DNA of 64,000 nt from Hormiphora californensis (lineage: Eukaryota > Animalia > Ctenophora): assembly GCA_020137815.1 (NCBI GenBank), contig CM035359.1, positions 2,356,001 through 2,420,000 of the forward strand. The letters are read 5' to 3'. The number at the start of each line of letters is the position of its first letter. Positions within the stretch are counted from its first letter, which is position 1. Both the position numbers and the translations under genes were made by a program. Positions 39,906 to 63,562 of the stretch are shown here, piece after piece. The notes under the pieces were generated by a model that did not search any database, had not been told where the DNA came from, and saw nothing but the letters and a program-made list of their open reading frames with translations.

Positions 39906-41467
39906 GAATAAGACCGGTTTCAAGTCTTTATGACCCTCCTTCCAGTGCGTGACATATCGCAACCATGTTACAAAGTTGAAATTTAATGGACTATATCGAA
40001 TATTAATGAACTATGGCGATTTCGGAAGTCTAACAAGCTATTACCGGAGCGCAATGAGATGTAAGGAAACCGTTCACACGCAAGTCTCTACTATTTGCGG
40101 GTTTAGGAGAACACCTAAAGATACAAAGCGTCTCTCCCCCTCCCCCTCACCTCTCCCCCTCCACATTTTGCCATTTGTGACCCCTTGGCAAATTTACCTT
40201 ACATCCTATCGTTCTGAAAATTTTGCATGACCTTCTCTTTTTCTCCTATATTAAGGGCCCTAGAGTACAAATTTCAGCTCTCTACTTCATCTGGAACATG
40301 CTTTTTTAAAGCATCGAAAACCTCGAAATCTGCAATGGTATATAGTGTGCGGCAAAAAAATCCCCCCCTAGACCACCATAGTTGCCGAGGGGGGTCTGGA
40401 GAGCTGTCATGTAACTTGGCAGGGTTGCTCAACTATGTCTATCTTGATCCTGACAGAAAAATTCAGAGCTCTAGCTCAAAATTAATCTTTTGATAGGAAT
40501 GACATTGTATTTCATGCCAAGAAAAAAATCTTTTCGGTCCAGAATTCAGCAATTATCTTTGGCCATCGATTAGCTTTCCAATGTGACCAAGATCATCTAA
40601 AATGGCAACCACAAGAGACACAGTGTCATGGTTCTTAAAGTTAGTCAGGTCATGTGATCTTCACCGAATCGTTGATTATCCGGGATTGCTAATCGAGCCA
40701 ATGGGCAGAGGAATCTCGTATCACGGTAGCACTGGCAGGTTTTCACGCGCTTGTGTGTAGAAGTGTTGCGTGTGCTCTCTCTTTTGTTTTTTGAGTTAGA
40801 GGGTATTTCTAAGGTGGGGGCTCTGCCCCCACACCCCCGTTTATGGTGGGGGCTGTGCCCCCACACCCCCCTTTTGGGCCCGGGGCACTTGCCAGTGCTA
40901 TGATAAAAATATCATTTTACTTTCAAGGGAAGACAGAAAGCTTTCTGAAAGCTGATTAAAGAATAAAGAGGGGGCTAGGGGAAGAGGGGTATTAAGTGTA
41001 CATACAGAGATGATAGAGATTCACAGTCAGTCGATTGTCGGGGGCTATCTTTAAGTCTGTCTGTCAGTACGTCTGTCATCTTTCTGTCACTCCTGGAATT
41101 AATGGGAGAGTTGTTAACTCTCTTTCCTTCGGTTCCTCAACCCCCTCTCAACCTCTGTAAAGATGGGTCATAATCTTTCTTGGTAGGATTTGACAGCGCG
41201 ATGAACGGTTCAAGGTGGGATAGCACTGTGTAGCACTATATAGCACTATATAGCACTATATAATAGAGCTGGGGAACGAGATCACCGTTTGGATCTCCAT
41301 TATTCCCACGTTCTACCAGTTGTGTATGATCATTATATGAGTCTACATTATGAACACGTCATCACAGGCAATATATGTCTCACGTGTTTAATCGTCTATA
41401 CATACAGACGATCATTAGTCAATAATTTTATCTCCCTCTTTCTCTTTCCTTCTCTCTCTTTCTCTCT

Positions 41468-41517
<50 letters not shown>

Positions 41518-41557
41518 TCTTTCTCTCTCTCTCTCACACTCACAAAACAGCCACTTG

Positions 41558-42452
41558 CCTGAAACTTCTCTTAAAAGCGGAAATGAGGTTAAATCTTCTG
41601 GAGTCGGTAGAATTGGTTGAACGGAGTGAGGCAGTTGGGCTCTTGCCAGGAATTGTTCGGAGTGTCACCAAATCTGTTTGTCGGTTTGCCGTGATGTCTG
41701 TCCGTCCGTTTGTCATTAGTTTTCCTTCTTTCTCTCTTGTGTTCTGCTCGTTCCATAGATCATCGCTCCTCAGTGAATTTGATCTGCTCGATGATTGGTC
41801 ATTGTTTATCCCAGTCTTCTTTCTGACAGGTTTTAAAGGTGCCTGCTGAGAGGTCAGTGATAATGTCTGTCCATTGGTCTGTCTTTCAACTGTCTGATTG
41901 TCTGTCTGTCTATCTCCTGTCTGATTGCCTGTCTGTATTTCTCCTGTCTGATTGTCTGTCTCTTTTGCTTGTTCGTCTTTTATCCTGTACAAAATTAAAT
42001 GTAAAATAACGTAATAAATTACCAAATTTCCCAAGATAACCACGATTATGTTTCAACTTCCTCGTAGCGGTAAGGAAGACAGATATAAGTGTTTCTATTG
42101 AATAACCTTCATTATTATAATAGATGAATATCTCGCGATGCCCCCGAGATATTATAACTATGGCGAATAAAAGATAATGACATTGCTGAAAATGTGAGAT
42201 GTATGTCTCTCTCTCACACTTTCAGCACTCATTTGCCCTCTCTGTCTATCCTTCTCCCTTTCTCTTAATTGACCTGCTAAGTGCTAAGAGACTATATCTC
42301 TCAGCAGGCTCAATACATTTATAGGTACTTGATCGCAGACGGCACCATCTTTATAATAATCATCATGCGTCAAGAGCAAGCACACGTGTGATTGCTTACA
42401 TGAACACTCTCCCTCTATCTCTGTCTCTCTCTCTCTCTCTATCTGTCTCTGC

Positions 42453-42502
<50 letters not shown>

Positions 42503-43432
42503 ATCTTTCTCTCCTTCTCTCTCTCCCTCTCTCACCATCTCTATCTCTCCTTCTCTCTCTCTCTCTCCCTCGCTCTCGATCTATCCCTCGCTCTCGATCT
42601 ATCCCTGTGCAGTGTGCTTTCTAACTAACTATCGGCACTCCCACAATGACTCAGTACATGTGAGTAATTATCATTCCTCCGCCAATGAATCTTGCTTGTT
42701 CTCTCTCTCACCAATCTCTATCTTTTATCTCACCAATCTCTATCTTTACCTCCAAAATATATCCCTGTTCTTTCTACAACCCTGCTTCAAAGCTTGGTCT
42801 ATCATAAATATCGGTTTGCGACAGAAATCTAGTTGAGAAATAAATGATAAGATAAGAGAGAATAAACGAGAGGAAGATAAGAGCGGATGAGAGAGAGTGA
42901 CAAACGAGAGAAAAAAGAAAGAAAGAATATTATAATGTGGGATAAATGACAAGGAGCACTATACTTCTTAGGAGAATAGTGTTCATTTAATGAACTCGAC
43001 GCGACAGTCGACTAGCTTCTCTGTTATAGATAAAGATAAAATATAAACGTAGTTAGTAATTGAAAGGGAACAGGATTATTGGGAGAACACGGGGAAGTAA
43101 TAATCTATTGAAACCAGGGGGTTTCATATCAAAATCGTTCTAGAGCTCACAGAAAAAAGTCCCAATTTTCAGTTATCACCCGTTATACCAATAATATTAA
43201 TAATATTAATTAATTAATTAATGTTAATATGTACTTACAAGAGCGGTGTACTGGTTGGGGTATCATCTTCTCCAAAGCTACCTGGGAAATGAATAGTGTC
43301 GTGAATAATGTCAGGACTAAGTAGCGGAGAGATGGTGGTCGAGATGCTAAAATATGGTACATATTTTAAGAGACCTGAGGAGTTTTGACAAAGGGTAAGG
43401 CTTGTCTGAGAGAGAAGGAAAGGTAGAAGGAG

Positions 43433-43472
<40 letters not shown>

Positions 43473-44444
43473 CTATAGCGAGAAGAGAGAGAGCGAGAGA
43501 GAGAGATAGATAGAGAGCGAGAGATCTCGTCGTCTCTCGCTCCGCTCTTCTCGCTCTCCGCTATTGTTCCTCCTCGTCCTTCCGTCTCTTCTCTCTGGTC
43601 ACCCTGTGACTATAATACTGCATGTGTGTACTGCACACGTTTATGGCACAGCTTGGCTGAGTATGCAGATCAATAAATTCATTGATCTACGTACTCAATA
43701 ATGAATTCATTATTCTGAGGGACATAGGAATTACACTACTGCTGGAGGGAATGTACGGGAAAGATTTTGAGAATGCTGCTGGGGGGAATATATTTGATAT
43801 ATAATACGAGAAAGATTTAGAAGAGAGTGTCGCTGGAAGAGGGGATTGGGGAAAATATTTCGAGTAAATATTGAGGGAATCAAGATTAGTTATGTGATGT
43901 AGTGTGACGCAGGACTATAAATTATTTGAGTTTAGAGTTTGGTTTTGTTGCAGCTATGCAGGAGGATTTTGGCAGAAAAGCCCCCTGTTTCTAATAACAT
44001 TTCACTCTATTTTACTCCCTCTCAACCAGATGTTTTTCAGTGGAACAATGAGCCAATGAAATTGGATGCAAACATACCTCTTTGGCAAGGAGCCCATTTA
44101 CGTAAGATATGTATCGCGGTACAGACAGATGTTGCAATTGTACACAAATTTTCTCTCGGGAAGCGCTCTCTTTTTTATCTCTCCTTTCCGCAGATTCCCT
44201 CCTCTCTATGTCCTATCTGTCTGTACAATACACGCACAAACTGCTGCACAGATCTACCTACCAATACCCCACGTATCTCGATTAGTGCTGACAATACCAC
44301 TAACCTCCCCAGGTATACAATCGATGGCTGACGTAATGGCTCATACAAAGCTAGTAGTGGGGGAGAGAGAGAGAGAGAGGGAGAGGGAGAGAGAGAGAGT
44401 GTGTGTGTGAGAGAGAGTGTGTGTGAGAGAGAGAGTGTGTGTGT

Positions 44445-44536
<92 letters not shown>

Positions 44537-45570
44537 ACAACGGTTGATCCCCAAAGGTAGACTAACACGTGTACCACATACACCATTATCACCTACCACT
44601 AAATTGTCCCTGGGGACTCGGTTGCGGTGACACTACGCTGCCTGATGTACTGGAATACTGAGAAATATCCCCATTGAGAAGGTGTAGATTATTTCTGAAG
44701 AAAAGTTTGGGTTAAAAATATTATTTCTGAAGAAGAGTTTGGGTTAAAAATATATTTCCGTCTTTTCGCAATAGAATCTAACATCAAATTAACACAACAC
44801 ACGTGTGTTGATTGCAAATGAACACTGTCCAATTCTCCGACGGACAAAAACATGTCATTTAGTGAGCAAGAATTCTACCAAGAATTCTGTTCTAATGATA
44901 TTATATGGACAAATGAAACTCAACACGAAGAATGAGCGATTTGCAACAAGATTTTTCTGACAAATGAGACTCTTTATGATAATGATTAATGATATTGATA
45001 ATACTATCAGGTATACCTAGGTAGAATTAATTCAGGAGCAATCTAAAACCAACAATACACACCTCTGATTAGTAGGTAGCTTACCCATACCCGGGCGGTA
45101 TGTGGTTTGCTCAGCGTGTGGCTAAGTGACCCAAAAAAGGGGGGGGGGGAACTTACCTGTGTTCAACGTGCTCAGCAAGGGGAGGTGAAGGTTGTTGATG
45201 TTGTTGAACTTGTTGAGGCTGCAGACTGTCCTCAACCATGACCACTGAAATGGCACACACCTTTAATTTGTGATCTACCTAACCATCACAGAGCGTGCTC
45301 CTTGGTAACGCAATTACCCCTACCTTTCGGGCACGCTAAAACGTGCCTTACTATCGCAATGCCCTAGCCTCTACTATAGAGGGGTAATTTCGTTACCAAG
45401 CGTGCTCCGGAGTCTGTGGTAATAATGGCCTAAAACAACAGAAACTAGAATCTAAGTAACTTTATAGATATCAATAAAAATAAAAGCGTTTCAAGTGTTA
45501 ACTAACCTCACAGCTTCTTCAAAAGCTCATCATCTTCCGGGAGTAGAGAGGCGAAAAGTGGTGTTACATT
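41558..45570 (-). CDS. Candidate distal 5' exons of a minus-strand gene (possibly the longest GRAMD1-like isoform)
   Basis: Exon-like units with splice signals: ~45570-45507, 45243-45157 (MVEDSLQPQQVQQHQQPSPPLAEHVEH, ends AG|GTAAGT), 43280-43239, and 41984-41558 (IKDEQAKETDNQ..FNLISAFKRSF). Linkage between them is not proven. Confidence 0.45.
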
Positions 45571-46229
45571 AAAGTCCCTAAATGGGGAAATATATTGTAC
45601 ATGATAGTAGATAGTAACCTACACAACGAAAGCTCTTTTATTTAAACTATTCTGAGTATAATATTATGTTCTAATTAGATCGGTTGCATAAACTGAATAC
45701 CCCTTCGTAAGAGACATTAACATGATAATAAGTCATCTAATACTGCACGTATAAACATTCCGCCGTTCCAAATCGAACAGTAACCACAACCTATTTTCAA
45801 CTCTTTTACCGATTTGCAATTAGTCAAGGGGTTTACAGTTTCAACGGAAAGACTGCCCTTTTTAGGGATAGGGGTTTCTGAAAGAGGTAAACGAAGGCAT
45901 GATGTTTTCAATGAATCTTGTTCGAGAAAGTAAAATGGAAATTGGAACCAACTGGTTTCAAGTAATTAAAGCAATTCTTCCCGATTAAAATTATTGATTA
46001 TCATTTGTTGTAAAACATCTTTACTTCTTACTCCTCGTAGGTTATATGTGAATATTTCTAGGCGAGGACTGTTAACCGTAAATTAGTAAAAATCGGTTAA
46101 ATTCCTTTCAGATAACCAAAAATCAAAAATTTTCTGACCTTCGTGTTCCTTTTTCATACAAATACAATTAATATTGTTGTTTCAGTAGGCCACAAGAGAG
46201 CTCTATCGGCGTGGAACCGAGAGCAGATA

Positions 46230-46369
46230 GTACAACAAATAGAAACACGTTGGTTTACAAACAAATGTTTCGATCTTGCGATCTCATCAGTGTACTCATC
46301 AGTGTACACTGATGAGATCGCAAGATCGAAACATTTGTTTGTAAACCAACGTGTTTCTATTTGTTGTAC
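46230..46369. repeat. 140-bp near-perfect palindrome
   Basis: Arms GTACAACAAATAGAAACACG..GCGATCTCATCAGTGT, with a central 12-bp duplication of TCATCAGTGTAC. Confidence 0.92.
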
Positions 46370-46426
46370 AAATACAATTATAATTTATATCCCGGTTTTA
46401 TGCCTATGCATTGTTAGTGCCATTAA

Positions 46427-48100
46427 AGAATACCTGACTACAGAATACCTGACTACACAGCTGAACAAGGAAGAGGACAAGGCAGTGGCCCTCATAAAGG
46501 AAAACCCTAGAGCCTTCTATGCCTACGCGAAGAAAAAGAGGAAGGTCCAGTCAAACATTGGACCTCTACGGACCGTGAACGGGACCCTCACTGACGACCC
46601 TTTGGAGAAATCGGAGATCCTTCAAAGTCAGTATGTGAAAGTATTCAGTGATCCAGACGCAGTGGTTGTTGAGGAAGCGCTGGAGAAAATTGCAGAGAGG
46701 ACGGAGAAGTTAGAAGATGTCACCTTCACCCCTTCAACAATCGAGGAAGCGCTAAGTCAACTTAAACCAACTTCAGCAGCACCCCACGGTGATGTCCCAG
46801 CGCTGGTGCTACGGGAATGCCGTCGTCAGCTGGCATACCCCTTGTGGAAGCTGTGGGACCAATCATTTGCTAACGGATTCATACCAGAGGATCTGAAGAA
46901 GCAGCAAATAGCGCCTATCTACAAGAAAGGTAACAAGACTCTCCCAGAAAGTTACCGGCCGGTAGCACTCACGAGCCATGTGACTAAGACCTTCGAAAGG
47001 ATTGTAAGACAGCAGCTTAGCCGATCTAGTGGAATGGACAAGCGGACACCCACTAACGTTTGCAGATGATACAAAGAACCGTAGAGCTATTAAAGAGCTG
47101 GAAGACCAAGAAGCCCTTCAAAAGGACCTGGACGACATCGCAATCTGGTCGAGAAACAACAACATGTTACTTCATGAAGACAAGTACGAAGTTATGAATT
47201 ACAGATTGAACAATACAATATTCCTGCGGGCACTTCCCTTCAATGTCCAGTGCTACCGATACAACAGCACATCGGGTGAAGCCATCGAGCCAGCCTACTG
47301 TGTTAAGGATCTGGGGATTTACATGACGGACGACGCCTCCTGGGAAACCCATATCAGCATCATTTCGAAGGAGGCTAAGCGCCTGGCCGGGTGGACTTTG
47401 GGAGTATTCAGAGACCGATCTGAAGGAACGATGCTGACACTACTAAAGTCTTTGATTAGGCCAAAGCTGGAGTACTGTTCCCCACTTTGGTCACCGTGTA
47501 AAATCAAAGATATTGCTCAACTGGAAACCGTACAGAGATTCTTCACTCGACGGGTGAAAGAATGTGAAGGTATGGACTATTGGGAAAGGATTAAGTACCT
47601 GAGGATTCTTTCTCTACAAAGAAGAAGAGAACGGTACATGATAATTCAGGTATGGAAGATACTTCACGAGATGGTACCAAACAGCACGAATATATCCTTC
47701 TACAATCACCTTCGTCATGGACCAAAGGCCCATCTCCCACAAATCCATCACACTGCTCAAAAATCAGTCCAGACTCTTCGAGAGGAATCCTTTGGGATAC
47801 GAGCCATCCAACTCTTCAACAGGATGCCGACATCAGTTCGTCTATCTACATCTGTTGACACCCTAAAAGTCAATCTGGGCAGATTTCTCGACACCCTTCC
47901 CGACAGACCTCCGGTCACAGGATACCACACAACTGGGGACAACTCGCTCTTTAGTCTGCTGACGGAAGGCAAGTAACCTTCATTCCCACTTATCACAACA
48001 CTTCACGTGGATGCTTAGGCTGAGTGCGTGGTATTATTTTGACTATTTATTGTGTACAATACCAAAACTTATTTGTAATTCTTGTAATTCTTGTAATTCA
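46427..48100 (+). mobile_element. CR1-type non-LTR retrotransposon (LINE), 5'-truncated, with the RT core deleted
   Basis: ORF2 motifs 'IKENPRAFYAY', 'IAPIYKKGNK..SYRPVALTSHVTKTFERIVR', 'FADDTK', 'LQKDLD..WS..NNM', 'VKDLGI', 'LIRPKLEYCSPLWSP', 'LSLQRRRERY', and a (TTGTAATTC)x3 tail at about 48073-48099. Confidence 0.93.
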
Positions 48101-48252
48101 TGGTAGGAGACTGGAGAATGCCGTTTTGATCAGTCGATCGAAGCAAAGCCCCCACCACTAACAAGCCTTCTTAAGCGGCCTTGATTAATCCGTATTCGGG
48201 GAAATAGAAAAGAAACTTATCGGTCTTCTCACTTTTGGAGTTTAGCATATGC

Positions 48253-48625
48253 TAAAGTCGGATTTTTTGAAGTTGTCACCCCCCTGGGTGGTGCACAAGT
48301 TTTATTTGCGCGCCGGAAACTTGTTTTGGCTCTCAGTTCTCACGCCTTTGTTTGTTGACCAATTTCGTCGATCATAAGTTTTACGGACTCACAAAATTAT
48401 GCTCTTTCCGGTGATTTGCAGTTTTATGCTGTAAAGTGAGAGCATGTGGGGGCTGTCATTCAATTCAATTCAATTCAATTGTTACATTTGATACCCCGCA
48501 AATTGACTCAATATAGCTAAGAGATAAACGCAAAAAACAGAGAGAAAAAACTCATAATTCATGCGCAAATACGGCGCCGCACGTGAAAAGGGGGGGGGGT
48601 GACAACTTCAAAAAATCAGACTTTA
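48253..48625. mobile_element. MITE with TAAAGTCGGATTTTTTGAAGTTGTCACCCCCC TIR
   Basis: ~32-bp TIRs with 1 mismatch and TA termini. Confidence 0.88.
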
Positions 48626-48916
48626 CAGGCCCGCAGGATGAGGCAGCGCTTTAGGGAGTTTGGTAACCAAACTTTGCATTGGCAAACGCTGCTGGCGGGA
48701 TAAGGCAACGCTTTTCAAAACTTTGCAAAGCTTTGGTTCTTTTTTCTGGTTAAAAAATCGAACACTGCACGAGAACCCAAATTTGACGACTGTTTGCGCG
48801 CGGCTCTTCATTTGCAGCGTTTTTGGCAATTTTTTGCCGCGGCGTTCAATTCAGTCAATTTGCAGCACACAACTCAAAACAAAACGCACTCGCGCGGCGT
48901 TTTATTTACCTCCTTC

Positions 48917-49140
48917 ATAGTGGAAGCTCTTACGGTAATTCCCACGCCCCGTGGGAAAGTTTTCGACCGTGGGAAAGTTTTCAAAGCGTGGGAAAAGAGA
49001 GATACATACAATAAGGTTTAAAAAACAATTATTTTTTAAACGTTATTGTATGTATCTCTCTTTTCCCACGCTTTGAAAACTTTCCCACGGTCAAAAACTT
49101 TCCCACGGGGCGTGGGAATTACCGTAAGAGCTTCCACTAT
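48917..49140. promoter_or_regulatory. 224-bp palindrome (probably MITE-derived) with eight CGTGGGAA (CSL/Su(H)/RBPJ consensus) sites upstream of the APP-like gene
   Basis: CGTGGGAA at 48950, 48968, 48987 and 49111; TTCCCACG at 48939, 49063, 49082 and 49100. Arms are ~110 bp with few mismatches. The regulatory role is an inference. Confidence 0.55.
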
Positions 49141-49158
49141 CAGTTCAGCCACCAACTT

Positions 49159-49372
49159 TAAAGTCGGATTTTTTGAAAATGTCAATGAAAAAAAATCATT
49201 TCTCCGGTTCCTGATAAGATAGAGACTTGAAATTTGGAGGTTCGCAAGAACTTAGCAAGATCTTCGTAACTTCCAAATTTCAAGTCTCTATCTCATCAGG
49301 AACCGGACTTATGGTCATTTAAAGAAATTTGAAAACTCTAGGGGGGTGACAGTTTCAAAAAATCCGACTTTA
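49159..49372. mobile_element. MITE of the same TIR family as 48253-48625
   Basis: TAAAGTCGGATTTTTTGAAA..TTTCAAAAAATCCGACTTTA, with an internal hairpin at 49203-49307. Confidence 0.85.
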
Positions 49373-49701
49373 CAGACCCCCACGGCTTCTTCTTTCAGGG
49401 CCTGTAGCATAGGCCAAGTTGTCACCCCCTTGAAAAGCGCTGCCTCATCCCGCGCTGCGGGGGCCAGCGGCGTTTGCCAACTGTAGCATCGAAATTCTCG
49501 GGCAGCCGCCAGGCAGGCATGGCACAGGCCACAGGCCACAGCTTAACTGGTCAGCCAATGCCCTACTTGTACCGACCGAGGAAACTCGAGGATTTTTTTA
49601 AAACTTGAAACTTGAAAAAAGGATTCAAAAGAGCATCCCCCCTGTCGGCTGTCCTTAAATTTTGAAATTTGAACTCCTCTTCTAGCTTTTGAAATGTCGA
49701 A

Positions 49702-60534
<10,833 letters not shown>

Positions 60535-60925
60535 AAGCTTGGCGGTCATACATATTATATCTGCGATTTGTGTTAATATGCTTTCATGTATGAACAATTT
60601 GATATATATGTGAGAGCTTATTTGTTCATTTCTGTGGACACCGAGATATAATGGACTCTTTGAGGTGATTTTTTTTCTTTTATTTCCACACGTGAACAGT
60701 CTGTCTGGCGCCGCGACCCCATTTGAGCGCACTGAGAATCAAATGGGGGTCTGGCGCGCCAGACAGTGAACAGCAGTGGCAACCTGGTCCTTATACCAAG
60801 AAGACTCTTATTATTGAAAAAGTATGAACTCAGACTGGATTTAGTTTTCAAATCGAGATAGCAATTGCTCAGAGAGTTTCGCTTTAAATTTTGTGCTGAG
60901 ACAGAGAGACAGAGAGAGACAGGAT

Positions 60926-62129
60926 GGGGGGGGCATGTTAATGTTAGGGGGGAATACATAATCAATCATATCTCCGGTTCCAGATAAGGTACAGAAATCG
61001 TTTTGGTAGCGTTGGAAAGAGGAAGATAACAGCTTTCAAACGCAACCGGTTTCAGGTCTCTATCTTATCAGGAACAGGGGATATGAACCAAACTCCGCAA
61101 AATCGAGTGCGGTAAAATCAAAATTTGAATGAAATTTTAAAAAAGGTGTCCCTGCAAGAATCTGTGACGTCACTTTTTGAAAACAACCCATCTTTCAACG
61201 GCTATTGCTCAGCCTCCTTAAGTCCAATTAACTTCTCTCAAAAACAGCAAGGTAGATAATCGTCAGATCTAACAACTGGTGAAAGAATCAAGTCAAACGG
61301 ACTTCAGGAGCCAAAGTTATAAGCACCGCCGTTTTTTCGACCGCAAAGTTATCTTCGACCCAGCCGGGATCAGGCCAAACGCGCGCGCGGCATTCCCTCC
61401 AGTCCCCTCGTTTATACGATCTAAAGTCCTTTTAGCACGCGTTTTTTGGTATTACACTTGCTGCATGTTGTTCTGCGAACAAAGATGTTCCTTCTGCACG
61501 ATTTGCATACCCCCAAGCCGTCTACTACAGCCTTCCCAACAACGATTTGTTCCATTTTGTAAATTCGAACAAAAACTAGCCAACCTGAACCGCAATTGAG
61601 GTCAAATGACACTAATCCACATTTTCCAACCTTAAAAACTTAATAAGACTCATAAATTTACCTTCAATCGAAAAATATCCCAAAAATAATTTTTTCTAAA
61701 AAAACACAAGGATTTGTAGCGAAGCAAATTTTAAATTTTTGACCAAAAAAGCAATTTTGGGAATTTTTTCGTATTTTTCGAACAGAAACGTTGTACATCA
61801 CTTTCTTTCGTCTGAATAATGGATTATCAATGCAAAAATTACATTCAAGTGACATTTTACACGCTAAATTGAAATATTCGTACTCTTTGAATTTGATCGA
61901 TTTGGAGCCAAAAAACTTGTATGTCGGACTTTGGTTATCGGAGGAGGCCTTGCACGGGTATACAAACGTTAGATAAGTCATTAAACTATAAAATTAAATC
62001 AGTTAAAGTCGTATTATCAACCGATAACACCAATATTTTAGCATTTGTTAATTTTGTTAATTAACGTTAATTAACAAAATCGGAAAAAAGAGGTGATTTA
62101 TTAACAATTAACATGTCCCCCCCCCCCCC
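60926..62129. mobile_element. 1.2-kb non-autonomous DNA transposon with poly-G TIRs and an 8-bp TSD
   Basis: GACAGGAT|GGGGGGGGCATGTTAAT..ATTAACATGTCCCCCCCCCCCCC|GACAGGAT, with an internal inverted repeat at 60967-61085. No transposase ORF. Confidence 0.85.
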
Positions 62130-62359
62130 GACAGGATTGTTAAAACAGTATCGAGCAAAGCAACTGTGTTAGAGGTTCCGGGTTTTTTTTGATTTACAAA
62201 AACAGACAATTAATTGGGGAAGGGTTTGAAGGAGTTATCTATACGTTTAAATTGTTTCTATACAAAACTATACCACTTGTTTTCGTTTGGCAACACCCGG
62301 TCAAAGGCAATACTGGCTTTATTTGAGATTCATTCGGTAATTCCTGTCAGCGCCTGTAT

Positions 62360-63275
62360 ATATGGCGGCGTCACACCCCGATTTGATTCTCGATAGTGCG
62401 CTCAGATCTGTCACAGTATTGGCTAGACCTGTCAGGCCAATGCTCTGACCACAGTTCTTGCGCTGAGAGAAATGAGAATAGGGTCAGGCCAATGCTCTCC
62501 TTGAGAGAAATGAGAATAGGGTCAGGCCAATGCTCTCCTTGAGAGAAATGAGAATAGGGTCAGGCCAATGCTCTCCTTGAGAGAAATGAGAATAGGGTCA
62601 GGCCAATGCTCTGACGGAATTCTCATTGCTCTGTTCAATTCCGAAGCGAGAATGGGTCAACGCGATGCGTGTCAGACCGATGCTCTGACCACAGTTCTCG
62701 TATGAGAACAGGGTAATGGCGTCAGACCGATGCTCTGACGCTGCCGGGGTCTCACTGAGCAGTCACCCCTTAATCTGTCTGGCGCCGCGACCCATCTGAG
62801 CACACTGTTTGAGAATCAAATTGGGTTATGGGCGCCGCCATACAGTACCCAACAAACTGGTCCATTCAAGTTGATAGTATCAATGATATTGATACTGACT
62901 AGCTGCGCCAGACCCCGATTTGTTTAGTAACAGTGCGCTGAGAGTCAGAATCAGATTTGTCTCTGATTTGTCTCCTATAAGTATATATATATATAAGACT
63001 CGACCGTTCTCTTCGCACCGGGGTACGCGATGTACAAAATCAGATGGGGTCCGCGGTGCCAAACAGGTTTATAGTATGAATCATACTATGATCCTGTCTG
63101 GCGGTGCTGACCGTGCAGGGCTATACACTGTGGCGCCAGACTGTACAGTGTACAGTCTGGCGCCGCGACCCCATCTGAATCAAATGGGGTATGGCGCCGC
63201 CATACAGCTGTACTCTATCTGACGGCGTCAACCCGATCTGAACGGCGAACGCGCCAGACCCCTACTTGATTCTCA
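62360..63275. mobile_element. Cluster of GGCGCC-core MITEs and GTCAGGCCAATGCTCT repeats
   Basis: 38-bp tandem unit TGAGAGAAATGAGAATAGGGTCAGGCCAATGCTCTCCT x4 (62464-62610). Related copies lie at 6182 and, inverted, at 8925-8985. Confidence 0.75.
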
Positions 63276-63508
63276 ACACGGCGATTTGGTAGTGCTCACT
63301 AAACTCAGGCATTGTCAGCATTCAATATCATACGCCGCGTCCAATGAAAGTTTCATCCGTTTTCATTTTGATAATATCAATGATATCTTCAGTGTGCTTA
63401 GATTTGGCCGTCGCCAAACCCCACCACCAGTTACAAAATTGAATCCTGGTATGGAACCTGTGATGGAAATGACAGCCGCGACGATCTGAGGGTCAGCAGT
63501 CAGCACAC

Positions 63509-63562
63509 ACCAAAGTTAAAATTAAAATTAAAATTTTAATTTTAACTTTGGTGTGTGCTGAC
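63509..63562. repeat. Hairpin/palindrome
   Basis: GTCAGCACACACCAAAGTTAAAATTAAAA..TTTTAATTTTAACTTTGGTGTGTGCTGAC. Confidence 0.85.

Noticed and set aside
46143-46426. N-terminal part of the 308-aa ORF as LINE protein
   Set aside because: This is read-through across a palindrome upstream of the 5'-truncated LINE. Similarity starts at about 46430.
62430-62740. Second CRISPR-like array (GTCAGGCCAATGCTCT)
   Set aside because: The spacers are identical, so it is a simple 38-bp tandem repeat. The motif belongs to a dispersed MITE family.
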